64,000 nt of DNA from assembly GCA_051532035.1 (NCBI GenBank), contig JAOPTW010000015.1:1-64000 (forward strand), given 5' to 3'. The notes beneath the pieces were generated by a model. It had not been told where the DNA came from, did not search any database, and saw only the letters and a list, made by a program, of their open reading frames with translations. Shown here piece by piece: positions 9,868-20,119 of the stretch (positions within the stretch are counted from its first letter, which is position 1; each line of letters begins with the position of its first letter). The stretch comes from Fibrobacterales bacterium. GTDB lineage: Bacteria > Fibrobacterota > Fibrobacteria > Fibrobacterales > JAOPTW01. The position numbers and the translations under genes were made by a program.

Positions 9868-10818
9868 CTATTCAGAGAATGCAAAAGGAAGTGTAATCGT
9901 ACAGTTACCTGATTTAATTCTTTCGAATTTCCAACGACGCACTTTATTCTTAACCTCATTGTCAAAGGCTTTAACCCCTGTTGAAGAACCCACTATTTTA
10001 ATCTTGATGATTTTGCCACTTGGGGCAATAGTGAAATTCAAATTTACTTTACCTGCAAAGCCAGGATGCTTTTTTAGGTATTTATTATAAATGTGGCGCA
10101 GTCCAGGTGAACGGCTTCTCACAACTCGCATGATTGATGCCTTAGAACGGTTACCACCGCCTTGACCCATATCAATATCAGAGCTGCTTGGTGCCTTGAA
10201 TTTACCCTTAGCCCCAGTAGAAACAGCACCGCCGCCCCCCCCAAGAAGTCCACTCAACATATCTCCTATACCACCAGATCCACCTTCTGCATAGCCATCA
10301 TTAAACTTTGAGGTTTTTTTACCCCGACGACCACCCAATTTGGTTTTCCCAGTCTTTTGAAGACCTGCAACATTTTTAAGAACCTTGTTAATATCTTTTG
10401 CAAAGCTCTTGTTTTTCATAAGCGAATAAGCGCTAAAGCCCGATTTAGTAGTACGTGAAGTCAGTAACTTCAATACACCACGACTTTGTGGAGCATTTGG
10501 AGTCCCTTTACCACGTTTTTTACCACCGCCACCGGTCTTTTTACGTTTCTTCTTAGCTTTTTTCTTTTTCTTCTCTTTTTTCTTCTCTTCCTTCTTTTTC
10601 TCATCAATTTTCATAACTGCCTCGATCTCAGCAGTTTCTTTAGCCAAGATAATTTCAGGAACAATTACAATAGTTGTAAATAACGCAGAAGCGATTAGAG
10701 AAATAATTATAAAGACAACAGAAAACTTATACACCCTTTCGTCTGATTCAGGCATCAGGGCTTCGGTAAACCTGTCGACTTCTTTTACCTTATTATTTTT
10801 AGGATCATTTTTAGTCAT
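9868..10818 (-). CDS. TonB-C-like (AgmX/PglI/GltG-type) energy transducer
   Basis: N-terminal TM, Lys/Glu-rich and Gly-rich linkers, C-terminal RSKASIMRVVR...IYNKYLK.HPGFAGKV.LNFTIAPSG...RRWKF domain; follows exbB-exbD-exbD. Confidence 0.8.
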   Translation of the reverse strand: MTKNDPKNNKVKEVDRFTEALMPESDERVYKFSVVFIIISLIASALFTTIVIVPEIILAKETAEIEAVMKIDEKKKEEKKKEKKKKKAKKKRKKTGGGGKKRGKGTPNAPQSRGVLKLLTSRTTKSGFSAYSLMKNKSFAKDINKVLKNVAGLQKTGKTKLGGRRGKKTSKFNDGYAEGGSGGIGDMLSGLLGGGGGAVSTGAKGKFKAPSSSDIDMGQGGGNRSKASIMRVVRSRSPGLRHIYNKYLKKHPGFAGKVNLNFTIAPSGKIIKIKIVGSSTGVKAFDNEVKNKVRRWKFERIKSGNCTITLPFAFSE

Positions 10819-10829
10819 TGGTTCTCCTG

Positions 10830-11330
10830 TTAATCTCCTGGTGTTCTCTGCACTACTGCAAAGGCCACATTATTATATTCTGCAAATCCACAGGTCGCCA
10901 TCACTTTGTACATAATGTCATACTCTGTATTTTTATCGAGCTGTACGATAACTTTACCACCTTCTTCACCGTCACCATCATCGCCTCTAATCAACGCAGC
11001 TTTCTTTTCAGCATCGCGCTTCTTTTTTAGCTCTTCGACCATTGGGGCTACAAGAAGCGAATCTTGTGCACGCACCAACTTCGTTTCAATAACAGGAACA
11101 TTATCGATAAGCACCTGATCCGAATCAACAACAATCAACAAAGAAACTTCTGTCGGTTGCTTTTGAGAAACAGAGTAGGGAAGTTTCATATTGTCAGCTT
11201 GAGTAAGAAGGTTGCCTTCTGCAGCAAATGATTTAAGGAGAAACACAAGAACAATTGTAAATGCATCCATCATCGAGGTGATATTAAGGTTTTGTTCCTT
11301 ATCACCATAGGTTCTACCCTTACGTGCCAT
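10830..11330 (-). CDS. ExbD/TolR family protein, AglS-like
   Basis: LNITSMMDAFTIVLVFLLKSF TM with the conserved Asp; C-terminal VQLDKNTEYDIMYKVMATC. Confidence 0.88.
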   Translation of the reverse strand: MARKGRTYGDKEQNLNITSMMDAFTIVLVFLLKSFAAEGNLLTQADNMKLPYSVSQKQPTEVSLLIVVDSDQVLIDNVPVIETKLVRAQDSLLVAPMVEELKKKRDAEKKAALIRGDDGDGEEGGKVIVQLDKNTEYDIMYKVMATCGFAEYNNVAFAVVQRTPGD

Positions 11331-12130
11331 TAGCTCCCTCCCAATTTAGCAAGTTGGATCTTAAAAAAGCCAGCTTCACGGGCAACATCCATAACATTAA
11401 TCACTTTGTCAAACGCAATTTTATCATCTGCAAGCACAATAATATTCTGTGCATCAGGAAGATCACCAAAGCGATTATTAATACCAATTAATGTTTTAGC
11501 AAGCATATCATAGCCCGAGAGGTAATCTTCACGAAAACCATTAATTATTTCAGCATCAGCCTTACGGCCTGATCCCTCTTCAAGAGTTGCGACAATATCC
11601 CCTGCCTTGAGCGTATCAAGTTGTTGAATAAAGTTAGCAGTCGCATCAATAATAACTGAGTCATTACTATTATATACTGCTTTCATTATTTTACCAGGGT
11701 CTTTTGCAGATGTTTTTTCAAGCCCATAGAGGTGAATAGTCTCTATCTCATACTTCGAAGCAACATCGCCACTTTGACACTTCACAGGAGTTTGCTCATT
11801 AAATTTTGCCGGGTCAACACGAAAAGAACTCTCATCAGATTTACATCTGTAAGTATGCATTTCTTTCGTGTAAATTTTTGGCAATGAACCGCCACGAGCC
11901 CATAATTCCAATCCATCACCCGTAATAGCTACAGTTAGTGACAATGATTGATCATCAGGCTTATTGGGCGCATTATTCATTATAGATCTCGAAGGCATAT
12001 TTACTTCAACAATTGCCATTTTCTGAAAAACGGCAACAGATAGTAAAAACGGAATTAGAATCGAAAAGAGATTCATTACCGGCAACAGATCGAGATCATC
12101 TGTTTTTATCTTTTTTCTTTTTCTCGACAT
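11330..12130 (-). CDS. ExbD/TolR family protein (AglQ-position) with an internal insertion
   Basis: LDLLPVMNLFSILIPFLL TM; C-terminal IIVLADDKIAFDKVINVMDVARE; 266 aa. Confidence 0.82.
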   Translation of the reverse strand: MSRKRKKIKTDDLDLLPVMNLFSILIPFLLSVAVFQKMAIVEVNMPSRSIMNNAPNKPDDQSLSLTVAITGDGLELWARGGSLPKIYTKEMHTYRCKSDESSFRVDPAKFNEQTPVKCQSGDVASKYEIETIHLYGLEKTSAKDPGKIMKAVYNSNDSVIIDATANFIQQLDTLKAGDIVATLEEGSGRKADAEIINGFREDYLSGYDMLAKTLIGINNRFGDLPDAQNIIVLADDKIAFDKVINVMDVAREAGFFKIQLAKLGGS

Positions 12131-12170
12131 GGATAATCCTTGAAAAGGTTAATCAATAATTTGATAGTTT

Positions 12171-12794
12171 CTATTTATCAAACAGATTGATAACTTTCAG
12201 TGATTTCTCTTCCATCTCTTCGATTATTCTCTCAGATTCCATTGAATAATACCCTTGAGCAAACATAAGTGGAATAGCCACAAATAGTCCACAGAATGTA
12301 GTATTCATCGCAACGGCAATACCATTTGCAAGTGCTGTTGGTCTCTCTGCTGCTGGTAAATTCGCTACCGCATCAAATGCCATGATCAAACCAAAAATAG
12401 TACCAATAAGACCGACGAGTGTTGCAACGTTTGCAAGAGTCATAAGCACACTTAAATAACGATTAACGCGTGGAGCTTCTGTGAGAAATACCTCATCAAG
12501 AGCTTTGGTCATACCTTTTTCACCACGGTCTTTATTAGACAATACAGCAAAGATACATTTTGCTAATGGAAGTTCAGATGTTTTCGCATAGTTAATAGCT
12601 TCCGATACTTTTTCAGATTTAAGCATTCCAGCAATATTTTTCATAAATTCTTTTCTGCCTTTGCCAGACTTAATCACGATGTAGTAAAATCTCTCTACTG
12701 CAAGACCCAGTGCAAGACCACCCATGATTGCAATCGCCCACATGAAGCCCCATCCGGATTGATCCAAGCCAAAACCTTTAAGAATAATACCCAT
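12171..12794 (-). CDS. MotA/TolQ/ExbB proton channel, AglR-like
   Basis: LANVATLVGLIGTIFGLIMAF...LANGIAVAMNTTFCGLFVAIP. Confidence 0.92.
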   Translation of the reverse strand: MGIILKGFGLDQSGWGFMWAIAIMGGLALGLAVERFYYIVIKSGKGRKEFMKNIAGMLKSEKVSEAINYAKTSELPLAKCIFAVLSNKDRGEKGMTKALDEVFLTEAPRVNRYLSVLMTLANVATLVGLIGTIFGLIMAFDAVANLPAAERPTALANGIAVAMNTTFCGLFVAIPLMFAQGYYSMESERIIEEMEEKSLKVINLFDK

Positions 12795-13192
12795 TTATTT
12801 CTCCTGTTATATATCAGTGTTGTTGTATGATTTTTTAGCGTTCTCAATATATATAATAAAAAAACGCAAAAATACTTTTTCTATGTGTAAACAATCATCC
12901 CCCCGTTCCTCATTTTTTGAAGAAACAGGGCATTTAAATCTTGTGTTTCACAAAACAACATTATTTAACGCTAGGATACAAGTCTATTTTTGTTCTTTCC
13001 TCCACATTACGTATTTTTTACACCGAGAACAAAATGCGAACAGCACAATCAGCAAAGTCACCTAAAAACCGAACAGAAACACCAACTTACGAAAAACAAC
13101 CCCAACTTTTCAGTACCTAAACCACTTCACTCGACAACTTAAGCCGAAATTGCAGGATTTCCAAAGAACAGCCTAACAAATAAATCGATCTT

Positions 13193-13221
13193 TTGTATTT
13201 AACTGGCATTTTTGGTATATT
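13193..13221 (+). promoter_or_regulatory. sigma70-like promoter of ilvBN
   Basis: TTGTAT-N17-TATATT about 30 nt before the ATG; the same TTG...N17-TATATT pattern recurs at 45670. Confidence 0.5.
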
Positions 13222-13253
13222 TACAACATCAGAAACAATAGGTGGCATTAAAA

Positions 13254-14969
13254 ATGGCAAAAAAACATCTAAGTGGCGCAGAAATCATTATTGACTCTCT
13301 CAAAAAAGAAGGTGTTGAATGTGTATTCGCCTACCCCGGCGGCGCAGCAATACCTCTTTTCGACGCATTGCTCGATTCAACAATACAACTTATCCTTGTT
13401 CGTCATGAGCAATCTGCGGTGCATATGGCCGATGGATATGCTCGCGCAACAGGTAAACCTGGTGCTGTTCTCGTAACCTCCGGCCCAGGAGCAACAAATA
13501 CATTGACCGGTATCTACACAGCGCATATGGACTCAGTTCCTATAGTTGTTATTAGTGGACAAACCATCACCTCACAACTTGGAAAAGATGCATTTCAAGA
13601 GAGCGACATCTCTGGGATGAGCTTTGCCTGTGTTAAACATTCATTTCTAGTTAAGAATGTAAATGAGCTCGCAAAAGTAGTGAAAGAAAGTTTCCATATA
13701 GCTAAAACAGGTCGCCCTGGCCCTGTACTTATTGATGTCCCTAAAGATGTATCGACAGCACCTTGCACCGCCCCCGTTGATGCAATCATTGATCTCCCCG
13801 GCTATTCCATACCAGAAAAAGGTGATGAAAGCGCAATACGCAAAGCAGCTGAACTCCTTTCAAAAGCCAAACGCCCAGTAATATTGGCTGGACAAGGATG
13901 CATAATTTCTGACGCATCAAAACAGGTTACTGAATTTGCAGAAAAACTACAGTCCCCTGTAACAAATACCCTTCTGGGCGCTGGTGCTATAGCTGGCTCA
14001 AACACCCTATCACTAGGGATGCTCGGGATGCATGGTACTGCATATGCAAATAAAGCCGTTGAGCAGTGTGACCTTATTATGTCTATTGGTTCACGTTGGG
14101 ATGATCGTATTACAGGAAAGCTTGATGAATTCTGTAAAGACGCCGTAAAAATACATGTCGATATTGACCCCGCTGAAATTGGAAAAGTTCTTACTCCTGA
14201 TGTATCCATCATTGGGGATGCAAAACATATACTCGAAGAATTAACGCCGTTAATTATTAAAGCCGACACTTCTAAATGGCTCAAACAGATCAACAGCTGG
14301 AAAAGTAAATATCCACTCCATTATAAAAAACAGGGTGGACTTAAGATGCAGCACATAATAGATGTTCTCCATCAAAAAACGTCAGGAGAAGCTATTGTAG
14401 CAACTGATGTTGGCCAACACCAAATGTGGACTGCTCAATTTTATACGCACAATGCCCCTCGCTGTTGCATCACCTCTGGTGGCGCTGGCACAATGGGTTA
14501 TGGATTCCCGGCCCTTATTGGTGCAGCACTGGGCAATCCAAATAGACCGGCAATTGCAATTGTTGGAGATGGCGGCTTTCAAATGACCCTGATGGAACTC
14601 GCAACTATTGCACGCGAAAAAATACCCGTGAAAGTATTTGTTATGGATAACAAATTTCTCGGAATGGTACGTCAATGGCAAGATATGTTTTACGATAAAC
14701 GCTATTCCGGTGTTGACCTCTCTGACAACCCTGACTTTTGTAAACTCGCTGATGCATATGGAATAAAGTCACTCAAATTAAAACGATCAGCTGATGTAGA
14801 AAAAATAATTGACCGCGCCCTTGACTTCAACGAAGGCCCTGTCCTTATTCATTGTGAAGTCGAAAAAGAAGCCAATGTTTTCCCGATGATTCCCGCTGGG
14901 GCTCCTTACTCAAGCATGATGATCGAACCACCAAAAGTAAAACTTGAAAAACCAACCGGGAGTACCTAA
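13254..14969 (+). CDS. ilvB: Acetolactate synthase large subunit
   Basis: YPGGA, RHEQ, TSGPGATN, GRPGPVLIDVPKD, DVGQHQMW, GDGGFQMT; the ATG at 13254 follows AGGTGG. Confidence 0.97.
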   Translation: MAKKHLSGAEIIIDSLKKEGVECVFAYPGGAAIPLFDALLDSTIQLILVRHEQSAVHMADGYARATGKPGAVLVTSGPGATNTLTGIYTAHMDSVPIVVISGQTITSQLGKDAFQESDISGMSFACVKHSFLVKNVNELAKVVKESFHIAKTGRPGPVLIDVPKDVSTAPCTAPVDAIIDLPGYSIPEKGDESAIRKAAELLSKAKRPVILAGQGCIISDASKQVTEFAEKLQSPVTNTLLGAGAIAGSNTLSLGMLGMHGTAYANKAVEQCDLIMSIGSRWDDRITGKLDEFCKDAVKIHVDIDPAEIGKVLTPDVSIIGDAKHILEELTPLIIKADTSKWLKQINSWKSKYPLHYKKQGGLKMQHIIDVLHQKTSGEAIVATDVGQHQMWTAQFYTHNAPRCCITSGGAGTMGYGFPALIGAALGNPNRPAIAIVGDGGFQMTLMELATIAREKIPVKVFVMDNKFLGMVRQWQDMFYDKRYSGVDLSDNPDFCKLADAYGIKSLKLKRSADVEKIIDRALDFNEGPVLIHCEVEKEANVFPMIPAGAPYSSMMIEPPKVKLEKPTGST

Positions 14970-15472
14970 TGCCCTATACCAAACATCCTGCACACTCGAT
15001 TAGTTTACTTGTTGAAAATAGACCCGGTGCTCTGGTTCGCATCGCTTTAGTGTTTTCACGCCGTGGCTATAACATTGACTCACTTGTGGTATCTCCAGCT
15101 CAGAAGGAACGATTTGCCCGAATGAATATTGTTGCTCGTGGTAATCCAGATATTCTCGAACAGATCATCAAGCAGTTACAAAAACTTGTTGATGTACTCC
15201 ATGCGAATGACCACACTGGTGATGACATTGTTGAAAAGGAGCTTGCGCTTATTAAAATCAAATGTCCGCCAGAGCATAGAACTGAGCTCTTACAGATCAT
15301 CCAACATTTTAAAGCGATGACCGTTGATATGACTCCTGATTCTGCCATTATTCAGGTTACCGGTGATTCAGAAAAAATTGATTCAATGAAGGAACTTTGT
15401 GAAAAATTCAATATCATTGAATATATTCGCACTGGTAAAGTAATTATGGCTCGAGGAAGTGAAGAAACCTAA
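14969..15472 (+). CDS. ilvN: Acetolactate synthase small subunit
   Basis: ACT domain VENRPGALVRIALVFSRRGYNIDSL; overlaps the ilvB stop codon. Confidence 0.96.
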   Translation: MPYTKHPAHSISLLVENRPGALVRIALVFSRRGYNIDSLVVSPAQKERFARMNIVARGNPDILEQIIKQLQKLVDVLHANDHTGDDIVEKELALIKIKCPPEHRTELLQIIQHFKAMTVDMTPDSAIIQVTGDSEKIDSMKELCEKFNIIEYIRTGKVIMARGSEET

Positions 15473-15481
15473 TAGCTATCT

Positions 15482-15532
15482 AAAAATAAAAAAGCCCCTA
15501 CTCTTTTTAAGAGTAGGGGCTTTTTTATTTTT
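15482..15532. terminator. Bidirectional intrinsic terminator
   Basis: Perfect 24-bp inverted repeat AAAAATAAAAAAGCCCCTACTCTT / AAGAGTAGGGGCTTTTTTATTTTT between convergent genes. Confidence 0.9.
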
Positions 15533-16550
15533 CTATTGTAAGAAGACCAAGTGAAACGGGCTTTTGATCTTTACTCAAATACGCTTCAATATACAGATTC
15601 TGTGACAAAGGTATTAAGCGGAGGTCCATTACTTGCCCTCCATCATGAATACTCTGGTCACCTATAGGAATAAAGAGAATGCTCTCTCCTTGAAACTCAA
15701 AAGTATTCTGTTCAAAATTCATCACCCACTCTCGTCTGCCATCTTCGCTTTGCGTAATGATACAACTGTTGTCAGTTATATTACAGGTAACATCAAAATC
15801 TTCTGAATACTGTTCATTCCACTGCTTGCTAAAAGCACATGCAGTAACTTTTTTTCCACCATTTTTCTCAATACTCAAGTCATTCTCAGCCTGAAAAATA
15901 TCTTGTGTAAGAGTATCTACTTGTTCATAAATATCCATGAGAACTAAATAGGACTCAATATTCTGTGGACATTTTGCAGTAGTAATAAACTCCTTTTGAA
16001 TATCGAGTACTTTAAGTTGCAAATCTTCTGGTATATCTCCTGCCACTCGATATACCTCAAGATCTTTTGCAATCTGCTCTGGAAGTACTTTTACAACCTC
16101 TTTTTTATCATTATAGTAAGCATAACCCACCTCAGATTTAACTTTTTCGAAACAAATTTTTATATGCTCAGGTATAACACTTGCACCACCGGAAATAAAG
16201 TCAATACCAAGCTCTACATCCCATACCATACGAGCATCAACTGAATCAGATCGACGTACAGTACACATCGATTCTTCATTAATGCCATCAATGTAGACCA
16301 AATCAAGCTTAAGAGACGTTGCAAGGTCGATACTATCTTTTAAGTTAGTAATGACCCACAACTCAGGATGTGCCTGCAATAAGGCCTCAAACTCCCGGTC
16401 ACCATTAAACTCTTTCAACAGTTCATCACCAGAGTCAATTCGGTCCTGAAGTTTTTTTGAAGATCGTGTTTTGACATCAGGATTTTTAAATGAAACCTCA
16501 GCCGAAAATAGAGTAATAACACTCAACAACACTACTGCTACAATTTTCAT
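15525..16550 (-). CDS. Secreted hypothetical protein
   Basis: 341-aa ORF with a signal peptide, GAGG RBS and several Cys; no recognisable family. Confidence 0.75.
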   Translation of the reverse strand: MKIVAVVLLSVITLFSAEVSFKNPDVKTRSSKKLQDRIDSGDELLKEFNGDREFEALLQAHPELWVITNLKDSIDLATSLKLDLVYIDGINEESMCTVRRSDSVDARMVWDVELGIDFISGGASVIPEHIKICFEKVKSEVGYAYYNDKKEVVKVLPEQIAKDLEVYRVAGDIPEDLQLKVLDIQKEFITTAKCPQNIESYLVLMDIYEQVDTLTQDIFQAENDLSIEKNGGKKVTACAFSKQWNEQYSEDFDVTCNITDNSCIITQSEDGRREWVMNFEQNTFEFQGESILFIPIGDQSIHDGGQVMDLRLIPLSQNLYIEAYLSKDQKPVSLGLLTIEK

Positions 16551-16654
16551 ATACGCCTCAACAAATAATTCACTATCAATATAGAAAAGGAACTATAGAG
16601 AACGGAAAAAAGTGAGTCGCTTTGTATGTTCTCCTGTAACAACAATATTCTAAA

Positions 16655-19600
16655 TTACAACTTACTCTCTTCTTTAATAGAATAAAGCACCGGCACCACA
16701 AATACACTGATAATGACCACCAACATACCCCCAAAAGACGGTATAGACATAGGGAGCATTATATCTGAGCCCCTTCCTGTACTTGTAAGGACAGGAATGA
16801 GTGCAAGGAGTGTTGTTGCTGTTGTCATAAGGCAAGGCCGTATACGCCTCGTTGCAGCCTCTATTACAAGTTTTCGTACCTCTTGCTTATCTGATGGTTT
16901 ATGTTGTGAAAATTTCTGTTTGAGGTATTCACTGATAACGACACCATTATCAGAAGCAACACCAAAAAGAGCAATAAACCCCACCCAAACGGCGACGGAC
17001 AAGTTTACCGTTCTAATCTGAAAAAGTTCTCGGAAATCGACTCCAAATAGTGAAAAATTTAGAAACCATTCAGTATTATAAAGGCCGATCAGTAAGAAGC
17101 CACCCGCCCAGGCCACCAAAATCCCACTAAAAATCATTAATGTTGTAGAGAAACTTCCAAACTGTAAATAGAGTATCAGGAGTATCACCAAAAGAGCAAT
17201 GGGTAGCACAACCGAAAGAGTCTTCTTTGCCCTCAACTGATTTTCGTAATTACCGGTAAATATATAACTGACCCCATCAGGAATTGATAACACACCATTA
17301 TCTATCAAATGCTGAAGGTGAGACTGAGCGACTTCTACCACTTCTGTCTCCGCTAAACCAGACTCTTTATCAAAGACTACATACCCTACAAGAAACCCAT
17401 CTTCACTTTTAATGACCATAGGGCCTCTACTAAAATGTATAGTTGCGACCTGGGAAATGGGCACCTGCACCCCCCGTGAAGTCCGAATGAGCAGTCCGCG
17501 CATGGCATCTAAATCATCTCTTTTTTCTCTCATATAGCGGATACGAATGGGATAACGCTCTCGACCCTCTACAGTATACGAAGCTGTTCTCCCCCCAAGT
17601 GCAGTCATCAACGTCATCTGAATCTGCTTTATTGAGAGGCCAAATCGCGCCGCCTTTCTGCGATCAATGTCAAATTCCAAATAAGGCTTCCCTACGATCC
17701 TATCTGCAATAACCGTTGCAGGCTCAACCCCCTGAACTTCTTTTAAATGTTTTTCAAGAGTCAACCCAAACGCTTCAATAGATTTAAGATCAGGTCCCTT
17801 AATTTTTATACCCATCGGTGCACGCATACCACTCTGGAGCATCACTATCCGCGCTGCAATGGGCATCAGTTTTGGAGCAGAGGTCACCCCTGGTATCTTG
17901 GATACTTTTACGATTTCACTCCAAATGTCATCAGGAGAATTGATATGGGTCCTCCATTGACGCACCCTTTCCCCCAAGCTATCAACTCCATACTCATTTT
18001 TATAATTAATCACAATTTCATACATAGAGGTGGGCGCTGGGTCAAGAGACGTCTCTGCACGCCCTAATTTACCTACTGCCATCTCAACTTCTGGAATGGT
18101 CTCTATCATCTGATCAAGGAGCGCAAGCTGTTCTTGGGCCTCTTCAAACCCCGCATGAGGCATGGTAGTAGGCATAAGAAGATACGATCCTTCATCAAGG
18201 GCGGGCATAAATTCATTACCTGTTGTTCTCCAAATATTGCCTGCAATAATTAATATCATAATAGGAGCAGACAAAAACAATACCTTATGCTCTAAGCACC
18301 ACCCCAACATCTGAGGGTAGTATTTTATAAATAACTGAATAAGCCACAGTACTCCAAAGAGTAAAAGTGATACAAAAAGAAGATTAAGAAATTCACCAAA
18401 TTCAGGCCCAAGGGGCAACCAATGGTGAGAAAGTGTTACTGTTGCTAGTACTAATAACCCTCGAAGAAACCATTTGTTACTACGCTCCTGACGCTTTGTC
18501 GAAAAATCTTTTCCTTTTTTAAATAGAAGAACCGCAAGAGGCGGAATAACAAAAAGAGATAATGCAAGTGCACCACCAAGGGCAAATGTTTTGGTAAATG
18601 CAAGAGGCTTAAAAAGCTTACCCTCTGCCGCAGTCATAGTAAACACAGGTATAAAGCTAATTATCGTTGTGGCAACCGCAGTTACAACCGCCCCAGCAAC
18701 CTCTTTTGTCGCCGTATAGACTACCATCACTTTGGAATCTTTTTCTGAAGCCTGTTGCAAGTGGATTACGATATTTTCGGAAATAATTATCCCCATATCA
18801 ACCATAGTGCCAATAGCAATTGCTATTCCCGACAAGGCCACCACATTTGCGTCAATACCAAATAGTTTCATTGCAATAAAACAGGCAAGTACTGCCGCTG
18901 GGAGTAATAATGAAATAACAATACTTGATCTAAGATGACCGAGCATAAATAAAATAACAATCACTGTAATTAAGATCTCTTCACTCAACGCGCGACTTAA
19001 AGTATCTAACGTCTCATATATAAGACCCGCCCTATTATAAAAAGGAACGATGCTCACTTTACTTATGGTGCCATCATCAAGAACTCTTTGAGGAAGCCCG
19101 GCCGCGATCTCTGCAATTTTTGTTTCAATACCCTTTATCGCCTCGAGTGGATTGTCTCCATACCGAACGACAACCACTCCGCCCGTTACGTCAGCGCCAC
19201 CTTTATCAAGTGCTCCTCTCCGCGGGGCCGGCCCCAAATAAACATGAGCCACCTGCTCCAGATAGACAGGATGATTATCATGATCTTTGATGACCGTTGC
19301 TTTAAGGTCATCAATGTTTCTCACATACCCTTTACCGCGAATCACATACTCCATGCGATTAATCTCTACCGTCCGGGCTCCAACATCTTGATTAGACTCT
19401 GACACTGCCTTATACACCTGTTCGATACTCACATCATAATGGCGTAATTTATCGGGGTCAATATCTATCTGATACTCCCGAACCATTCCACCCGCTGCGG
19501 CTACTTCTGCAACCCCCTCAACACTTTGAAGAGCATAGCGAACATAAAAATCATTGATACTCCGTAACTCGTCGAGATCCCACCCACCAGTGGGGTTTCC

Positions 19601-20119
19601 TTCAGGATCTAGTCCTTCAAGGGTGTACCAATAGACCTGCCCTAATGCCGTCGCATCAGGCCCCAATGCAGGCTGAACCCCTGTCGGAAGAATTCCTACA
19701 GGAAGACTACTCAATTTTTCAAGTATTCTGCTCCGAGACCAATAGAACTCAACATCTTCTTTAAAAATCACATAAATACTAGAAAATCCAAAATATGAGT
19801 ATGACCGAATTGTCTTAACCCCAGGAACCCCCATAAGCTGTACCGCCAACGGATAGGTGATTTGATCCTCAACATCCTGCGGTGATCGACCATTCCAGTT
19901 GGTAAATACAATTTGCTGATTTTCACCAATATCAGGAATAGCATCAACAGGAATAGGAGAGCGGGGAAGTCCACCTAGGTCCCAATCAAAGGGAGCTGTT
20001 GAGAAACCTGCAAACAAAACTCCTAACAATACAATAAAAACTATCAACTTTTTCTCTAAACTAAATCGGATAAGGTTCCCAATGAACCCTGGATTGGGGT
20101 CAGTGATCTTCTGTGACAT
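16655..20119 (-). CDS. cusA: CusA/CzcA-family heavy-metal RND permease
   Basis: VDAIPDIGENQQIVFT, LGPDATALGQVYWY, GIAIAIGTMVD, RIRPCLMT; Met-rich Cu/Ag type. Confidence 0.93.
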   Translation of the reverse strand: MSQKITDPNPGFIGNLIRFSLEKKLIVFIVLLGVLFAGFSTAPFDWDLGGLPRSPIPVDAIPDIGENQQIVFTNWNGRSPQDVEDQITYPLAVQLMGVPGVKTIRSYSYFGFSSIYVIFKEDVEFYWSRSRILEKLSSLPVGILPTGVQPALGPDATALGQVYWYTLEGLDPEGNPTGGWDLDELRSINDFYVRYALQSVEGVAEVAAAGGMVREYQIDIDPDKLRHYDVSIEQVYKAVSESNQDVGARTVEINRMEYVIRGKGYVRNIDDLKATVIKDHDNHPVYLEQVAHVYLGPAPRRGALDKGGADVTGGVVVVRYGDNPLEAIKGIETKIAEIAAGLPQRVLDDGTISKVSIVPFYNRAGLIYETLDTLSRALSEEILITVIVILFMLGHLRSSIVISLLLPAAVLACFIAMKLFGIDANVVALSGIAIAIGTMVDMGIIISENIVIHLQQASEKDSKVMVVYTATKEVAGAVVTAVATTIISFIPVFTMTAAEGKLFKPLAFTKTFALGGALALSLFVIPPLAVLLFKKGKDFSTKRQERSNKWFLRGLLVLATVTLSHHWLPLGPEFGEFLNLLFVSLLLFGVLWLIQLFIKYYPQMLGWCLEHKVLFLSAPIMILIIAGNIWRTTGNEFMPALDEGSYLLMPTTMPHAGFEEAQEQLALLDQMIETIPEVEMAVGKLGRAETSLDPAPTSMYEIVINYKNEYGVDSLGERVRQWRTHINSPDDIWSEIVKVSKIPGVTSAPKLMPIAARIVMLQSGMRAPMGIKIKGPDLKSIEAFGLTLEKHLKEVQGVEPATVIADRIVGKPYLEFDIDRRKAARFGLSIKQIQMTLMTALGGRTASYTVEGRERYPIRIRYMREKRDDLDAMRGLLIRTSRGVQVPISQVATIHFSRGPMVIKSEDGFLVGYVVFDKESGLAETEVVEVAQSHLQHLIDNGVLSIPDGVSYIFTGNYENQLRAKKTLSVVLPIALLVILLILYLQFGSFSTTLMIFSGILVAWAGGFLLIGLYNTEWFLNFSLFGVDFRELFQIRTVNLSVAVWVGFIALFGVASDNGVVISEYLKQKFSQHKPSDKQEVRKLVIEAATRRIRPCLMTTATTLLALIPVLTSTGRGSDIMLPMSIPSFGGMLVVIISVFVVPVLYSIKEESKL

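Noticed and set aside
12817..13241. 82-aa ORF or ilv attenuator leader peptide
   Set aside because: Divergent promoter region; no Ile/Leu/Val-rich peptide with a terminator, and the likely promoter lies only ~30 nt from ilvB.
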